64,000 bases of DNA from Myxococcota bacterium (lineage in GTDB: Bacteria > Myxococcota_A > SURF-8): positions 1 through 64,000 of the forward strand of contig CAXXQS010000001.1 in the NCBI GenBank assembly GCA_963674735.2, given 5' to 3'. Below the pieces are notes generated by a model. The model worked only from the letters and a program-made list of their open reading frames with translations. It was not told where the DNA came from and made no database searches. This document shows, piece by piece, positions 1 through 9,709 of this stretch (its first letter is position 1; the number at the start of each line of letters is the position of its first letter). The position numbers and the translations under genes were made by a program.

Positions 1-162
1 AACAACTTGGCCATGATGTGGCGTTCGACCCCCAAGCCCAGCGCCAGAAAGAACAGCGCTACTGCCACCCCCCGCCGAAACGCCCAGCATGGCGGCGGGC
101 CAAAAACGTCGATGGCGATAGAGGCTGTCGCGGGTAACGGCCAGCAGGGCGTTGATGCGCAT
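1..162 (-). CDS. ABC transporter permease (MacB/LolC-like), N-terminal part; runs off the window edge
   Basis: ATG at 162 overlaps the stop of the ATPase gene (TGATG). Manual translation gives MRINALLAVTRDSLYRHRRFWPAAMLGVSAGVAVALFFLALGLGV, a typical first TM helix of a FtsX/MacB-type permease. Confidence 0.75.
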   Translation of the reverse strand, partial: MRINALLAVTRDSLYRHRRFWPAAMLGVSAGGGSSAVLSGAGLGGRTPHHGQVV

Positions 163-824
163 CACCCGGCCTCCTTCAGCGTGCCGTTCTCCAAGATGAG
201 AACACGTTCGCAGGCGGCGGCCAGGGCTTCGTCGTGGGTGACGATCAACAGCGTCTTACCTTCTTTGTGCAGGTCGCCCAGAAGCTCGATCAGGTCGGTG
301 GCGGTGTGCTTATCCAGGTTGCCGGTGGGCTCATCCAGCAGCAAAAGCGGCGGGTCGGCCAAAAGCGCGCGTGCGATGGCCAGCCGTTGCCGTTGCCCGC
401 CCGATAGCTGTGGCGGTCGCTGCTCGGCCACCTCGGATAATCCCAAACGTTGCAGGCAGTCTGTCACGTGCGGAGTGTCGGCAGATGCTCCGGCGAATCC
501 GGCGGCCAGACGCAGGTTGTGGAAGGCCGTGGTGTGGTCGAGAAAAATCGGATCTTGAAAGACATATCCCAGAGTGCGGCGGCGCAAAATCGCCAGTTCG
601 CGGTCGGAGGCGCGATCGAGTTGGCAGGTGTCGACGCGGATATGGCCGTTGAAACGGCGGTCGAGCCCGCCCAGCAGATTGAGCAGGGTCGATTTTCCTC
701 CACCCGAACGACCGAAAACCGCCACCGCTTCACCCGGTTGGACGGCGAGCTGCAGACCCTTCAAAACGGTTTTCGGACCGGCCGGGGTCGGGTAAACCTT
801 GGTGATGTCGCGGCATTCGATCAT
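162..824 (-). CDS. ABC transporter ATP-binding protein (LolD/MacB-like)
   Basis: Walker A GRSGGGKS, signature LSGGQRQR, Walker B LLLLDEPTGNLD, H-loop VTHD. Confidence 0.95.
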   Translation of the reverse strand: MIECRDITKVYPTPAGPKTVLKGLQLAVQPGEAVAVFGRSGGGKSTLLNLLGGLDRRFNGHIRVDTCQLDRASDRELAILRRRTLGYVFQDPIFLDHTTAFHNLRLAAGFAGASADTPHVTDCLQRLGLSEVAEQRPPQLSGGQRQRLAIARALLADPPLLLLDEPTGNLDKHTATDLIELLGDLHKEGKTLLIVTHDEALAAACERVLILENGTLKEAG

Positions 825-1007
825 GCGTCCTCCGGCGCTGTTTATACCAGCGCGGCGTTGCGACTGTCAAACGGGGCAAAGCCGGTTCTCGGGCGGTCGC
901 GCGGTGGCGGATCTCATAAGGAAGGCTTGACGCGGCGTGCCGTCGGTGTAGACTTGCGTTCGAAACACACTCTCGACGCTGCGTCGAATCACTTAGCGAG
1001 GTGTCCC

Positions 1008-1598
1008 GTGTCGTCATCCGTTCGAAAAATCGTTCTGGCTTCCACCTCCCGTTACCGCCGGGAACTGCTCGAACGTCTCGGTTTTCCCTTCGAAGCCGTT
1101 GCGCCCGACTACGGCGAGCCGCCCCTCGACCTGCCGCATGACGAATGGGTGAGTCACCATGCCGTCGAAAAAGCCCGCAGTCTGGCGACGCGTTTTCCGG
1201 ATGCGCTGATCATCGGCTCCGACCAGCTCGTCAGCTTCGAAAACGAGGTGTTGGGCAAACCCGGCGATGTAGAGCGGGCGGTGGCGCAACTGATGTGCTT
1301 GTCCGGCCGGACTCACCGGCTGCTTACGGCGGTGGCGGTTCTGGATACGCGTGACGGGCGTATCGAAACCGCGCTGGACGTCCATCGCATGCGTATGCGG
1401 CCGTTCGACCGACAAACGGCCGAGCAGGTCGTCGCCCGCGATAACCCGGTGGACTGTGCCGGTGCCTACAAACTCGAAAGCCTCGGAATTGCGTTGTTCG
1501 CTTCCATCGAAGGGGAGGACGACACGGCGGTGGTCGGGCTGCCGCTGCTCAAGTTGCTGGATCTTCTGGAACGTTTCGAGGTTACGCCCTTTACGTGA
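1008..1598 (+). CDS. maf: Maf family nucleoside triphosphate pyrophosphatase (YceF-like)
   Basis: Motifs IVLASTSRYRRELL, IIGSDQ, LGKPG, DCAGAYKLE, VVGLP; GTG start at 1008 inside ORF 450..1598. Confidence 0.92.
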   Translation: MSSSVRKIVLASTSRYRRELLERLGFPFEAVAPDYGEPPLDLPHDEWVSHHAVEKARSLATRFPDALIIGSDQLVSFENEVLGKPGDVERAVAQLMCLSGRTHRLLTAVAVLDTRDGRIETALDVHRMRMRPFDRQTAEQVVARDNPVDCAGAYKLESLGIALFASIEGEDDTAVVGLPLLKLLDLLERFEVTPFT

Positions 1599-1622
1599 AC
1601 TGCTGGCGGGTTCCCCTCGTTC

Positions 1623-2775
1623 TCAACCGAAACGGACCAAAACGTCTCGAACCAGATAGGTGGCGAACAATCCCGCCAGAATGAAGGGCGCAAAGGGGAT
1701 CGTGTTTTCGATTTCCACCGTGTCCGGCTCTTCGGGATCTTTGAAGAGATGGCGCACGCGCATCGCTTCTTCCTCTCCCAATCCTTCAACGCCGATGGCG
1801 GCCATTTCTTCTTCCGTAAATACCTTGTCGCGCACGAGGTGCTGGCGCATGAGTTCGGAGAGGATCATATGCGGTTTGAGGTCTTGTAACGGAATGCGGC
1901 GCACTTCGACCAACTCGCACCAGTACGTGTAGATCTGCCGGAACATGATCAATCCCAAGGCCCAGGCTCCGATGCTCACCGACTCGATCAGCAACGCACC
2001 GCTTGGGTCGAGAGTGAGTTGGTAGCCCATGAAACCGATGATACCGAGGAGCAGCAGAACGGCCAAAATGCGAATCTGAAAGAGCTGGTGCAAGGGTCGG
2101 AAAGCGAGAAAGAGAAGTAAGAACAATAAAGTCTGATTCAAATGCACCACCGCCTCGATTTCGTCGCGGGCGACGCTGCGTAACAGCCGGACCATCATCA
2201 AGATAAAGGTGGAAACCGAGAAAGGTTTTCAACCAGCCGGGGACGTTGGCGGCCAGGTAGCGGTAAATCTCGCCGATCATCTCTCGCCGCTCTCCGGAAG
2301 CGCCTTGGCGAAAAGCCTCCAGACGGGTGGCGATGCGGCGACTGAGGCGTATCAGAAAGTCCCCGGTAATAATGACGAAGGCCATCGCATAGGTATTGAC
2401 CAGGAGTACCATCGAGGCGAAATAGTCGGCGTCGTGGCGCATCAGCAGCATCGGTGGCGACAGAAACGTCAACACGACAAACAGCTTGGCGTCGGCGGCC
2501 GACCAGACGTTGAACCACCACATCGCCCCGGTGATAAGTAGGCCAAGCAAAGTGACACTGAGGACTTTGGGGACGATCGTCGTGAACACAAACGGCGTAT
2601 CGAAGAAGAAAAGATAGAACAGTCCTAGCGCCGCATACCAGCCGATACCCAACCAGAGCCCCAACAGGATATGGCGCTGGTAGATTTTTCCGAAACGGAT
2701 ATCCTCGATGCTGGTGATGATGCCGAGATACAAAATCGGCGGAAGTATCGCATATTGCAGCCATCCTAGATCCAC
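1623..2775 (-). pseudogene. A24/prepilin-peptidase-like membrane protein split by a 1-bp frameshift near 2211 (real lesion or sequencing error)
   Basis: N-half has TSIEDIRFGKI and WSAADAKL (A24-like aspartates); C-half ends TIPFAPFILAG. Removing one base from TTCCACC joins the two ORFs as ...LGFTFILMMVRLL... Confidence 0.7.
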
Positions 2776-2787
2776 CGGCGCCTCCGC

Positions 2788-3786
2788 TTATCGGCCGTCG
2801 GCGGAATCGGCGCAAGGAAGCTTGCGGATCGCCTCGGGTTCGTCCGGGTTGACAGTGCGGCTTTGGATGATGCGGTCGATGACGTTTTGCGGGTTGAGGA
2901 AAACCGGCGACAGCTCTTTCGATGAATAATACACATCCATCTTGAATAGACCGGCGCAGATTTGGTTGAAACGGCAGACCTTGCAGAATTCGTTTTTACC
3001 ATGCTGGAAGTTTGTTTCAAGGAAGGTCGATTTTTTGTCGAGAAAGTGAATCAGGCGCTCCTCGCTTTTGACGATTTTGCGCGTTTCGGTGGAGCAGTGG
3101 GCGAATTCGGCCATGTAGCACAGGGGGACGCGTTCCACCCGGAAAGAACGGCCCGAGCGGTCGAGAAAACGCATGGCTTTCATGAGCGAAACCTCGAAGT
3201 CGCGCAGTCGCGGCACGAGTTCTTCGTGGTTCATCTCATCGTTCATCGAGGGATCGAGGTTGTTCCACACAAAATGGGTAAGGAAAGGAAAACGCTCGAC
3301 CAGCCAGTGCACGTTTTCGTCGAGGTGGTCGGTATTGTGCTTGTTGATGACGCAGTTGATGTCCACCGTCACGTTTAGCTTACCTGCATTCTCAAGGCTT
3401 TTCAGCTGCTTACGAAAAGATCCGGGGGTTTGAGTGAGGTAGTCGTGCACCTTTTCATGCACCGAATGCACCGACAAATGCAGGTGAATCAACCCGGCTT
3501 CGGCCAGGGCGCGCAGGTAGTCGTAGCGAGCCGTTTTCTGACCGTTGGTAATGATCCGGGAGGGCATGCCGTGTTCGTTGGCGTAGGAGACCAGCTCCAC
3601 GATGGGTTCGAAGAGCGTCGGTTCGCCGCCGGTGAGGATGATCCCGTGGTAGCCGCGTTCCACAAAATCGTCCACGAATTCCTTGGCCTGCTCCAGATCC
3701 AGAATGCGACCGTTGGAGGGATTGCTGCAAAACACGCAATTTTGATTGCAGCGGCGTGCCAGCTGAATGTATCCGAGGTTGGCCAT
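2788..3786 (-). CDS. Radical SAM protein, HxsC-like (resembles the HxsC4 group)
   Basis: CxxxCxxC motif CNQNCVFC, GGEPT, PLCYM and a C-terminal CKVC..C cluster; lies near an HxsD-like gene. Confidence 0.85.
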   Translation of the reverse strand: MANLGYIQLARRCNQNCVFCSNPSNGRILDLEQAKEFVDDFVERGYHGIILTGGEPTLFEPIVELVSYANEHGMPSRIITNGQKTARYDYLRALAEAGLIHLHLSVHSVHEKVHDYLTQTPGSFRKQLKSLENAGKLNVTVDINCVINKHNTDHLDENVHWLVERFPFLTHFVWNNLDPSMNDEMNHEELVPRLRDFEVSLMKAMRFLDRSGRSFRVERVPLCYMAEFAHCSTETRKIVKSEERLIHFLDKKSTFLETNFQHGKNEFCKVCRFNQICAGLFKMDVYYSSKELSPVFLNPQNVIDRIIQSRTVNPDEPEAIRKLPCADSADGR

Positions 3787-3868
3787 GACGGCGTGATCCT
3801 TTCACTTTATCTTCTTATGCGAGCATAGACCACGTCGCGTATGCGGTCAAGGCGTTCGAATGGTTGGT

Positions 3869-4813
3869 TCAAGGCTTGTTCAGGTCGGTGCAGTAGGCGT
3901 TCAGTGCGGTTTCCGTCATATTACGGCAGACTCCGGCTTCCCCAAGCGCTGCTCGGACAAACGCGGCGGAGGTCGAACTTTTAAGCTGCGTCATAAACGA
4001 CCGTTTGCCGGTACGCAAAGTGAGAATCATGTAATAGGATTCAAGCAGGTGGCGGTTGTCCGGGGGATGGTCGATCGGACCGCTGGCCATACGGCAAAGG
4101 CTGAGAGTTAGAATGTCGTCGGCCAGTCGGCGGCAGTTGTCCGGCTTCTGCTGGGCCATGGTGTCGAAAAACTCCAGCATCCAGGCTCGTTTGGTCTCGG
4201 GCACCTCTTCCAACTCGCGGGCGAAGTCCGCCCGGCTCAGGTGTTCGATATAGTGGGCGCGTAGCGGGAGCATCAGTTTGGCGACCGAATGGCAGTCGAG
4301 CCCGACGTTGGGAGGAACCTCGGGAGAAAGGCGGCGAGCCTGGTCGCATAAGTCGTAGCGCTTGCTTTCGATGGCGCGACAGGTGAGATATTCTTCGGCG
4401 AACATGCGCCAGACGCCGGTCACTTTCGGGTCGGTTTCGGTGGTCAGGGGCGGCAGCGCGTTTTGCAGGTCTGTCGCCACATCCAGCGATAGAAGATCGA
4501 CGGTGGCCGCCCGGCAGCGATCCGTGTCCAGGCGCGTGTGGGGGATCACTTTGTCGGGTGACCCTTCCGGCAGCTTCGGCTCGCGTGTTTTGTAAGGCAG
4601 CGCCATTCCAGGGTTATCGGCGGGATTTGTCGCTTCCCCGGACGGCTTCGGGCGGTCGTTTTCCGCGTTTTGCGCCGGGGTTGGAGGTTTGGGCGAAAGA
4701 TCTTGTACGGCTGGAGGGGGCTCATCCTTTTCGAAGCTGGAAAACGAGCGCACAGCCAGATCGACAAGCAGAGCGAGAATCAGCAATCCGATGAGAATCA
4801 GTGCTTTTTTCAT
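3869..4813 (-). CDS. Membrane-anchored Cys-containing hypothetical protein
   Basis: N-terminal hydrophobic anchor, Pro-rich linker, scattered Cys; co-oriented within the HxsD-like/radical SAM cluster. Confidence 0.75.
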   Translation of the reverse strand: MKKALILIGLLILALLVDLAVRSFSSFEKDEPPPAVQDLSPKPPTPAQNAENDRPKPSGEATNPADNPGMALPYKTREPKLPEGSPDKVIPHTRLDTDRCRAATVDLLSLDVATDLQNALPPLTTETDPKVTGVWRMFAEEYLTCRAIESKRYDLCDQARRLSPEVPPNVGLDCHSVAKLMLPLRAHYIEHLSRADFARELEEVPETKRAWMLEFFDTMAQQKPDNCRRLADDILTLSLCRMASGPIDHPPDNRHLLESYYMILTLRTGKRSFMTQLKSSTSAAFVRAALGEAGVCRNMTETALNAYCTDLNKP

Positions 4814-4867
4814 GTACAGAATGGTTTGTTTGGCTGGGGCCGACCGGACTTGCGGCCGACTCGACGT

Positions 4868-5518
4868 TTAAGACTTTTTGTCATCTTTATCGGGTTCTGC
4901 GGGCGCGTTGTCGCCGTCTTCGCCGTATTTCTCGTCCCACGGAACGGCGATTCCCATCGGATCTTCGGCGAAATCCTTTTCGATTTCGGCCAACAGGCGA
5001 TCCAGTTCCTCCTGCTCTTCTTCCGTGGCGTCATCCCAGGGACGGGGCGGTTCGGCTGCGGACGACGTGAGACCGCTCATCCCTTCGCTGATTTCACGGA
5101 GTTCCTGCGGACGTCCGGCGGCGAACAGCGCTTTTGCGACGATCAGCTCGCGGATGCGCTTGTTCTGTTTGGCCACATTTTTCCGAACGGCATGGTTTAG
5201 CAGCTCGTTTGCAAATTCGCCCTGCAGCGCCTTCAAAGCGGCTTCATCCAGCGTTTCTTTCCCTTTGAGTTGCACCAGGATCTGCTTGTCGTCATCCATA
5301 TCGAGGAAGAGATAGGCGCGATCGATGAAAACGAACGAAGCCTGATAGACCACTTCCAGCGGATAGACCTTGGGATTCAACTTCCATTGGATGCTGTTCT
5401 CGCCGATCTTCACCTTCACGATCCCGTCAACAGCTGAAGCTTTCTTCGCTTTGCCCGTTTTCGGGGTTGCCGTTTGCGTTTTCTTCGTCTTGCTCGGTTT
5501 TTCCGATTGGGTGGCCAT
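4868..5518 (-). CDS. His-Xaa-Ser system HxsD-like protein with acidic tail
   Basis: Segments LNPKVYPLEVVYQASFVFIDRAY and GEFANELLNHAVR..IRELIVAKALF resemble the HxsD family from memory. Confidence 0.75.
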   Translation of the reverse strand: MATQSEKPSKTKKTQTATPKTGKAKKASAVDGIVKVKIGENSIQWKLNPKVYPLEVVYQASFVFIDRAYLFLDMDDDKQILVQLKGKETLDEAALKALQGEFANELLNHAVRKNVAKQNKRIRELIVAKALFAAGRPQELREISEGMSGLTSSAAEPPRPWDDATEEEQEELDRLLAEIEKDFAEDPMGIAVPWDEKYGEDGDNAPAEPDKDDKKS

Positions 5519-5629
5519 CGTTATCCCTCGTCTCTCGAACTAACTCAGAAGGTCTGCTTTTAAAACGATCCTATATTAGGCGCGGGGTTTGAAAAAATCA
5601 AGCCTTTCGAACAGTTGCCGGTGAAAAGC

Positions 5630-6022
5630 TTAGAATAGGCGTCGATGCCGATAGCGTCGCGGCAGATGGGCGCCGACCGAGGCGATTAGAAATCCCGTGA
5701 CAGCCAAGGCCGCGGCTTGACTCTTGAAAACCGGGATCAGGGCGATTAGAACAACCTTGAGCACGGTGGTCCATCCCGCCGTTTCGCGGTATAGCTCGCG
5801 ATGTCGCCAGAATTCCGTACCCACCAGCAGCAGACCGCTGAAACCGGCCGCCATGAGCCAGCTATGCAGGTGGGGGGTCGTGGGCTCCAGCAGGTACGCT
5901 CCCACCACGACCCCGGCGGCGAGCAGATGCGCGGCCCGGATGAAAACCGAGCCGGTGCGGATGTAATCGGGCCGGTCGCCGATTTTGCCGAATTTGCGAT
6001 CCTCGTGATTTGCGGACATCAT
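5630..6022 (-). CDS. Small multi-pass membrane protein
   Basis: About four hydrophobic segments with HLL and HLP..RH motifs; start set at ATG 6022 because the longer ORF overlaps the divergent gene. Confidence 0.7.
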   Translation of the reverse strand: MMSANHEDRKFGKIGDRPDYIRTGSVFIRAAHLLAAGVVVGAYLLEPTTPHLHSWLMAAGFSGLLLVGTEFWRHRELYRETAGWTTVLKVVLIALIPVFKSQAAALAVTGFLIASVGAHLPRRYRHRRLF

Positions 6023-6185
6023 GCGCCTCGTCGGTTGACTGATTGGGCGCATCATAACGGGTACAAACGGGATTTCGCCATTAAAAAAGAGCTGGCCGAC
6101 GAACAAAAGCGTTGGCAAGCGGCTGGCCCCTTTGCTAAACTTACTGAAATTCGCGAGCATTTCATCGATGATGAAAGGATTGGAC

Positions 6186-8015
6186 ATGCGTTGTGTAACG
6201 ACCGGCTGGCTTTTGATCGCGATACTTTTATGGACGATGAATGCTTGGGCGGCTCCGGTGTGTCCGGGACCGGTGAGCGGGAGCACGACTTGTTCCTTTC
6301 AGGCTTACAGCTTTGCTTCCATCGATCCCCAGCCGGTGAGCGTGAGCGCCACCTGCCGGGCGGTGGAAGCGCGTGCGTACTATTTCGTGGAAGATAGTCT
6401 ATGGGGTAACAGCGTCACCCAAGCGAAACTGGATACCCTGATCGCCGCTCTCGAAACACAAACGCCCGCTTTTACGGATAAGGGTGTGATCGAAAGCGTC
6501 ACCTCTTTTTTCGGTCCGCTCCCCAACGTCTTCGATCAGGACTCTCATCTGTACGTCGTCATTCATGACATCGCCGATACGAGTATCGATCCGGTAACGG
6601 CCTATATCCGTGACGTGGATTTGGATAAAGATTTCTTCGGCGATCCGCTTCCCGGCAGCAACCAGCATGAAATTCTGTTCCTCGACAAAGCCGACCTCGA
6701 TAAAACCATTCGCCAGGCGGATGTCGCCCGTGAATTAATGAACATGATCCATTTCTCCTATGATCCCGACGAAGAAGCCTGGGTGAAGGACGTGATGGCA
6801 CGCTGGGCGACCTACTATCTCGGTTATCTGGATTATACGAGTGATATCGGCTTGTTCGCCAACGATTCGGCCCACTCCCTGATCGGAGAGCAGGAGGCCG
6901 GGCGGGTTCTATTGGATCCCGGCGCAACCTTGCTGTTCGGCATCTACCTGTATGAACACTTCGACAAAAATCCGTTTTTCTTCAGCGACTGGGCGCAGTC
7001 GGACTTAACCGGTGTGGCCGGTTTTGAGTTTATTCTGCCGCTCATGGGCGATTCGAACGGGAACTTCTGCGATTACCTGAACAACTGGGTGATCCAAAAC
7101 ATGATCGACCGTGCCGATTATGCCTACGCTGATTTCAATCCGCCCTCCTTTACCGGATCGTTTATTCGTCAGCATCCCGGAACCACCAGTCCCGTCATCA
7201 CCGCCTATGCGGGTAGCTACGTGGAAATCGACGCGGGGGATCTGTTGGCCGAGCAGACTTTGGGGGTGACCTTCGAAGTTCCGAATACCACCGGGATGCG
7301 TATCACCGCCGCCAAGCTCGATTCCGGCAATCCGACCTATTTGGAGATCGAGGAATTGACCGTGCTGGCGGGGCAGCCCACCCAGTTTTTATTCGATGAT
7401 GTGGGGGAAGCCTTCGATCGGCTGATTCTCATCAGTTCACGCTGTTCGGAAGCGGCCCCGATGCTGTACACCGTCACGACCAGCGTGATCGAGCCGGAAG
7501 CGGATGGCGATGTGGAAACCGATGGCGATGCGGACGACGAGACGGAGAGCGAATTGGAGGAAGAGCTGGAAAGCGTCGACTCCGACGGCGATGTGGATCA
7601 GGATGCGGATGCTGGAGAATCGAGCGGACCGACCATAACCGGCAGTAAAACCTGCCCGCAAATCAACGCCTGTTACAGCGCATGTGAAGATTCGCTCTGT
7701 CAGGATGTCTGTGTTACCGACGGTACGGCCGAGGCCCAGGAACAATGGGAGCATTACATAAACTGCATCAGCGGACAGAATCCGGAAGGGATCGACTGCC
7801 TGAGCTTCTCGAACGCGGAAGAACGCAAGGCCTGTCTTTATCGCAACTGCCATCTGGCGGTGGAAAATTGTGCGGTGGTAGAGGAAGTCGATGTCGATCC
7901 GGACGACCTCGGCGGCTCCAGTTGCCGTTCGGTTTCGCATCCAGCTGCCATGTTGGTGGGCTTGCTGCTCGTTTTGGGGCTCGCCTGGCGACGTCGGGAG
8001 GGCTTCGGTGCGTGA
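6186..8015 (+). CDS. Secreted MYXO-CTERM-type surface protein with a degenerate zincin-like domain and a Cys-rich C-terminal region
   Basis: Signal peptide, DGD-rich linker, and tail GGSSC..LLLVLGLAWRRR. Confidence 0.8.
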   Translation: MRCVTTGWLLIAILLWTMNAWAAPVCPGPVSGSTTCSFQAYSFASIDPQPVSVSATCRAVEARAYYFVEDSLWGNSVTQAKLDTLIAALETQTPAFTDKGVIESVTSFFGPLPNVFDQDSHLYVVIHDIADTSIDPVTAYIRDVDLDKDFFGDPLPGSNQHEILFLDKADLDKTIRQADVARELMNMIHFSYDPDEEAWVKDVMARWATYYLGYLDYTSDIGLFANDSAHSLIGEQEAGRVLLDPGATLLFGIYLYEHFDKNPFFFSDWAQSDLTGVAGFEFILPLMGDSNGNFCDYLNNWVIQNMIDRADYAYADFNPPSFTGSFIRQHPGTTSPVITAYAGSYVEIDAGDLLAEQTLGVTFEVPNTTGMRITAAKLDSGNPTYLEIEELTVLAGQPTQFLFDDVGEAFDRLILISSRCSEAAPMLYTVTTSVIEPEADGDVETDGDADDETESELEEELESVDSDGDVDQDADAGESSGPTITGSKTCPQINACYSACEDSLCQDVCVTDGTAEAQEQWEHYINCISGQNPEGIDCLSFSNAEERKACLYRNCHLAVENCAVVEEVDVDPDDLGGSSCRSVSHPAAMLVGLLLVLGLAWRRREGFGA

Positions 8016-8676
8016 AGAAGCCATTCTTTTCGGTAGCGATCCACGTTTGAGCGGGCGCTACGCCTATCCCGACCACCCACGGGCGACCGTGGTCTTTACA
8101 CATCCGCATCCGCTGTACGGCGGAAGCATGTCCAATAACGTGGTTCGACTCGGTTGCCGTCGTTTCCATGAACATGGCTTTGCCACCTTGCGTTTCGACT
8201 ATCGCGGAGTGGGCGACTCGGAGGGCCGGTACGATGGCGGCGAAGGGGAACAGCAGGATCTTGTCGCGGCGTTGGCCGAAGCGCGTTGGCGCGCCAACGA
8301 ATGGTTGGAACCGGGAGACGATCTGCGTAACATCCCGCTTATCGCAATCGGATACAGTTTCGGTTCCTATGTGGTGCACGCCGCGCTTTCGCAAATAGAA
8401 GACCTTGCGGCGGCCGTGTTGATTTCACCCCCGCTCGGACTGGCGGAATATCCGTTTTCCGCTCCCTCCATACCCCACCCGCCGTTAGCTGCTTTCATCG
8501 GCTCGCAAGACGACATCTGCCCCCAGTCCGTTTTCGACCGGAAAATCGGGACGCTCGGGGAGAATGTGCACACCCATGTTTATCCGGGAATGGATCATTT
8601 CTGGCTTGGTGGCGAAAATGAGTTGATTGACGACACTGTAAGCTGGCTGCTCGCCATTCTTCCCATCCAAGATTGA
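8008..8676 (+). CDS. Alpha/beta hydrolase
   Basis: Motifs HPHPLYGGSM.N.VV, RFDYRGVG.S.G, nucleophile GYSFG, G.QDD and DHF. Confidence 0.92.
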   Translation: MREEAILFGSDPRLSGRYAYPDHPRATVVFTHPHPLYGGSMSNNVVRLGCRRFHEHGFATLRFDYRGVGDSEGRYDGGEGEQQDLVAALAEARWRANEWLEPGDDLRNIPLIAIGYSFGSYVVHAALSQIEDLAAAVLISPPLGLAEYPFSAPSIPHPPLAAFIGSQDDICPQSVFDRKIGTLGENVHTHVYPGMDHFWLGGENELIDDTVSWLLAILPIQD

Positions 8677-8766
8677 GTTCCTGGAATAAATTTGCACCTT
8701 TGAGCCAAATATGTTAGCAAGGGTGGGAAAAACAAGAAGCAAGATCAAGAACAGGAGAGGGCTATC

Positions 8767-9630
8767 ATGACCACGAAAAAAAGTATTTTATGCATAACCT
8801 TATTGGTTGCGTTGTTGGTTCCGGCCGTTGCGTTTGCCGGTTTCTTCGATTCGGTTAAGAAAGCCGCCGGGGTTGAAAAAGACGAAGAAGTCAAGATCGA
8901 ATCGAAAGATCTGTGTCCGCAACTGGCGGCTTATGCCGGAACCAAGTACGATCCTTACGCCGAAGAAGGCGTGACCTACACCAAAATCAACGTCCAGCAG
9001 GTCGACGATTTCACGCTGAAGAGCCTCAAACTCACCAAAACCATGGATTTCGCTTCCAAGCTTATTTCGGAAACTTCCGCTGAAATGGCGGGTGCGGAGC
9101 TTGAAAAAGAAGCCATGCTGAAACGGCTGGCGGATGTTCAGCAGGTTCTCACTGCCTTGGTGGGTAACTCGCAGGAAGTCGTGGGCTCCGGGCAAAGCTT
9201 GGTAACGAGCCTCCCCAGTGTTCTGGCGGGCCCCAAAGCGATGAAGGTTAAGTCGGTGACCAAGTCGGTAAAGGAAAGCATCACGTCCTTGACTGAACTT
9301 CCCGACAAAGCCAAGAAACTGGGCGAGGATGTGAAAAACATGGTCGCCAAACTGAGCACCGAAAGCCTGGTGGACGCGGCCAAAGAGGTTGCGGACGACA
9401 AGATCGAGCAGGGCAAAGAAGCCGTTGCCGAAGCTCAGCAGGCTGCGGGCGAAGCGGTCGAGCAAGCCAAAGACACCGCCGGTGAGGCGGTCGAGCAGGC
9501 CAAAGATGCGGCTGCCGACGCCACCGAAAAAGCCGGTGAAGCGGCCGCGGCGGCCGGCGATGCGGCGGCGAAAGCCGGAGAGCAGGTTGAAGAGGCTGCC
9601 GAAAAGGCCGGCGAGGCGATGGATAAATAA
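8767..9630 (+). CDS. Secreted hypothetical protein with Ala/Glu/Lys-rich 11-aa repeats at the C-terminus
   Basis: RBS GAGAGG, signal peptide ending AFA, repeated AGEAVEQAKD. Confidence 0.8.
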   Translation: MTTKKSILCITLLVALLVPAVAFAGFFDSVKKAAGVEKDEEVKIESKDLCPQLAAYAGTKYDPYAEEGVTYTKINVQQVDDFTLKSLKLTKTMDFASKLISETSAEMAGAELEKEAMLKRLADVQQVLTALVGNSQEVVGSGQSLVTSLPSVLAGPKAMKVKSVTKSVKESITSLTELPDKAKKLGEDVKNMVAKLSTESLVDAAKEVADDKIEQGKEAVAEAQQAAGEAVEQAKDTAGEAVEQAKDAAADATEKAGEAAAAAGDAAAKAGEQVEEAAEKAGEAMDK

Positions 9631-9650
9631 ATCCTCGCAGGATCGAAATC

Positions 9651-9683
9651 GAAAAGGGCGGCCCGCTGGGGTCGCCCTTTCTC
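9651..9683. terminator. Probable bidirectional intrinsic terminator
   Basis: Hairpin aaagggcggccc-gctg-gggtcgcccttt between convergent genes. Confidence 0.7.
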
Positions 9684-9709
9684 GTTGTGATTACCGGTAT
9701 GGAGCCCGG

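Noticed and set aside
450-1007. N-terminal extension of Maf in the ORF track
   Set aside because: It overlaps the opposite-strand ABC ATPase gene; Maf similarity begins at GTG 1008.
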